64,000 nucleotides of DNA from Iphione sp. A-MEVVRFRX5 (lineage: Eukaryota): positions 35,402,001 to 35,466,000 of the forward strand of contig OZ320318.1 in NCBI GenBank assembly GCA_976226885.1, written 5' to 3'. This document shows, one piece after another, positions 61,487 to 64,000 of the stretch (within the stretch, counting starts at the first letter, position 1; the number at the start of each line of letters is the position of its first letter). Below the pieces are notes generated by a model that saw only the letters and a program-made list of their open reading frames with translations, was not told where the DNA came from and did no database searches. The position numbers and the translations under genes are program-made.

Positions 61487-61661
61487 AATCCTTCTTTGTA
61501 AGGGCTTAGTCCAATATGGTCTCTTCCTTTGTGTCTTTTAGTGATTTGGTTTAATGCTGGCTATGTATTTAGTGATGAGGAGATCAAGGAGTGAGGTAGA
61601 ATTTAGAAAAAAACCCAAAGCCCACCACAGACACGTCTCTACTCTACCCCGCCATTATATT

Positions 61662-62210
61662 AACCCTAATATTCTCTTACATTCCTTTTTCCCCCTGATT
61701 GTTGTTTCGCCAGTTTAGTGATATCACTTAAAGATAATGGACGGCCCTCCTATGATCTTTTTCTTGAAAATTCTGTACAAATCTTTGTCTTCACTTTCAA
61801 AACTTTGAGAAAATGAATTTGTTGCTCTACAGCTTTGAGAGAGTAATCTTCTGGCTAACCTGGGACACGATATCACTATCTTAAACACATCTATTCCTCT
61901 ATCAAAGTAAAATTATTGGAATTCATGTAGAGCACTCACAAATAGTTCCACATCTTTGTTATCATACCACATCAGAAAATCCTTAAAGGTTTGCATATTT
62001 TCCGACTGCCATATTTTCTGGAGGCATACATAATCATCCATTGAAATATTAGATTTTCTTAAACTCCAATAAAAGAAGGTGGCAGAAAGGTTTCCTTTAA
62101 TCAATCAAATGAGTCAAAATACTCATAGAGGAAAAGGCCTTTGGTTTCCTGTATCAAATAGGATTGCAGAAATATCAGCATTGATCATTAATTCATTTGA
62201 TCTATGTAAA
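61662..62210 (-). pseudogene. Polinton protein-primed DNA polymerase B fragment
   Basis: ETKGLFLYEYFDSF, DYVCLQKIW..MQTFKDFLMWYDNKDV, FYFDRGIDVFK, KIIGGPSIIF, CKRILG; ends just before motif A. Confidence 0.9.
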
Positions 62211-62607
62211 AATCCCACTCCGCTATGTTATAATTATGTTGATCAAACTATGATCGAGATCTAGCATTATCCTATCCAACTCGGGCACAGTATAAGACAA
62301 TGGTAAGTACCCTATCTATTTTTTTCAGACCTCCCTGAACACAATTAAGACTTATGGGCATTGTTTATATTTCATGTTTTGGCTGGATCCCCCAGTGGGA
62401 ATCCAAGGATGAAAGAAAGATTCCCCTTTAAAGTTAAGAGCCTTGTCCTCATGCTACTGGATGGTTTGTCAGATGTGACCATGACAAACAACTGGATCCC
62501 CCAGTGAGGATCTGATTATGAGAGAAAGAAAGATTCCATTGAACAGTTTACTGGATGCAATCATGACATACCTAAGACTGTAGTATTAAAGAAATAATAT
62601 GATTGTA

Positions 62608-62831
62608 TGATCCTGATTGAAATTCAGCTCACAGACAGGACTGTGGATGATCATCCCAGTTGTGGTCCACTTCATGCATACTCCCTTCAGTAGGTAGTGA
62701 TGGATTGTTTGCTTCAGTCATGGTTGAGCGCCAGCCTGTTCTTAGTTCCAGATTACAACAAACTGACAAAACTTGGGGGGAAACTCATTTGCATCAAGGA
62801 ACATACTATCTGGTGCTCATACTCTACTAGT
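62608..62831 (-). repeat. Polinton right TIR
   Basis: Reverse complement begins ACTAGTAGAGTATGAGCACCAGATAG (22/26 matches to the left terminus); followed by catgtc. Confidence 0.85.
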
Positions 62832-62945
62832 CATGTCTTACTACACATAATGTGAACTTTAACAAGAACTAAATCGAGTTGTTTATGAATTTATTCAGAA
62901 AGAGGGAGACCATAACACCCCCAAAAGCATTTCAAAATGACATAC

Positions 62946-63038
62946 CTTTATCAGATAAAAGCTTATGCTCGCTGAGGAAAGGCAAGCAGAATTTAGTATG
63001 GTAATTAGTGGAGACCATTTTCCCATTAGAAGAGATAT
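62946..63038 (-). CDS. SLC43A3-like: SLC43A-family exon ISLLMGKWSPLITILNSACLSSASISFYLIK
   Basis: Acceptor tttgatttgcag, donor gtatgt, phase 0-0; resembles [31 protein letters not shown]. Confidence 0.8.
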
Positions 63039-63185
63039 CTGCAAATCAAATATTCTCCGTGAATGTCACAGATGATCGTAGTTTACGTATGCAGGTAATT
63101 GTGTTCAAAAATCCTGGTGATTTCAGTCATCAATCAAATGTTAATGTGCTATTCCTTCTGTGGCAGCGGGATAAACGCTACTTAC

Positions 63186-63259
63186 GTTGTAGCTAGAGAT
63201 AATCATGCAACCACTGGCTGCAGCACAACATATACTGCCCACAAAAATTACAATTTCGG
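63186..63259 (-). CDS. SLC43A3-like: SLC43A-family exon (T)EIVIFVGSICCAAASGCMIISSYN
   Basis: Acceptor ctttgtctttgtag, donor gtaagt, phase 1-0. Confidence 0.8.
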
Positions 63260-63545
63260 CTACAAAGACAAAGGGATAATAAAATTCATTTATAATAAAC
63301 TAATAAACTGCACAAAATAGATACATGTATAATCCTACAATCAGTATCAAGCACAAGCTGACTGCTTATGTCAATGAAGGTCTCAGTAGGGTGGGTTCTG
63401 AGAGATCGGTCCTACCTTTAAGGGTCAAAGTTGTAAACTTTAAGAGTTAATTTGTATATAACTATTAGAACATGGAAGGGGTTTACCGGCTCATATTGCG
63501 TCACTAAAAAGGAACCTGGTAACTGGGTGGATTACTGATACTGAC

Positions 63546-63595
63546 TTTCTTTCGTGGAGAATCCAAAACAGAGGTTGCAAGCGATACCAGTAATG
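63546..63595 (-). CDS. SLC43A3-like: SLC43A-family exon ITGIACNLCFGFSTKE
   Basis: Acceptor tttttcatcatgtcag, donor gtcagt, phase 2-1, consistent with both neighbours. Confidence 0.75.
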
Positions 63596-63840
63596 CTGAC
63601 ATGATGAAAAACAAATAATGCATCATATATATATATATTCAGCATATGTAAGTTTAGTTGTTATAATGCATAAGTTTATGTCTTTAACAATATTTTACTC
63701 TGCGTCTCCGCCTACATACTTTTTAGTTCCAGTTTCAGGCAAACGTGTACCGAATGACAGCCATGATTATGGGATTACCTCACATATGTTATTGCAATAT
63801 TTATTTCAGAATCGTCATGAGTTATGTAATGTTTACTAAC

Positions 63841-64000
63841 ATGGCAATTGATCGTGTGACGCGCAGCCCATAGTGGTCTAAAATCCAACCTGCTGGCAAG
63901 CACATCAAACGTGTAGCAGCGCTACCAACTATGAATGCAAGGGACAATAGATCTTCTTGGGGTCTGCATATCACATTCTTGCGAACACTTGATACATTCT
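63841..64000 (-). CDS. SLC43A3-like: SLC43A-family exon, partial (runs off the window) CRPQEDLLSLAFIVGSAATRLMCLPAGWILDHYGLRVTRSIA
   Basis: Resembles CKAQDERFSLIFTLGSF...FPTGYIFDRF; MFS G-x3-D-x2-G-x-R loop; donor gttagt, phase 2. Confidence 0.85.

Larger units (their letters stand above)
44638..62831 (-). mobile_element. Decayed Polinton/Maverick inside the SLC43A intron
   Basis: ~225-bp imperfect TIRs beginning AGTAGT/ACTAGT; 6-bp TSD CATGTC at 44632-44637 and 62832-62837; internal pPolB, integrase, MCP and protease remnants. Confidence 0.88.

Noticed and set aside
62845-62905. LPLSE*IHKQLDLVLVK resembling pPolB exonuclease motif II
   Set aside because: It lies outside the right TIR and TSD, in host intron, so it is a chance match

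Overview
AT-rich eukaryotic genomic DNA, probably from an invertebrate animal (the species cannot be told from the sequence). There are no prokaryotic features and no CRISPR array. (1) An SLC43A-family (SLC43A3-like) MFS transporter gene lies on the minus strand, with 9 coding exons from >64000 to 40625. (2) Its ~19-kb intron holds the footprint of an old Polinton/Maverick (44638-62831) with AGTAGT-type terminal inverted repeats, a 6-bp CATGTC target-site duplication, and decayed pPolB, integrase, major capsid and protease genes. Nested inside are an RTE LINE, two L2/Daphne-like LINEs, an EnSpm-like element with a minisatellite, and a ~1.9-kb insert encoding an L1-type ORF1p apparently fused to a NADAR domain followed by an SGNH-hydrolase frame. 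That insert is the most unusual feature here. (3) An apparently intact Ngaro-like tyrosine-recombinase retrotransposon (23922-28714, minus) has split direct repeats, a shared CAT core at all three junctions, a frame-correct A AAA AAC slippery heptamer at the gag stop and a TAAATG pol/YR junction. (4) The rest is MITEs (several with 5-bp TSDs), LINE remnants, a tRNA-derived SINE, low-complexity tracts and candidate exons of a secreted or membrane cysteine-rich protein. All family assignments come from motif recognition by eye and need HMM/BLAST confirmation.
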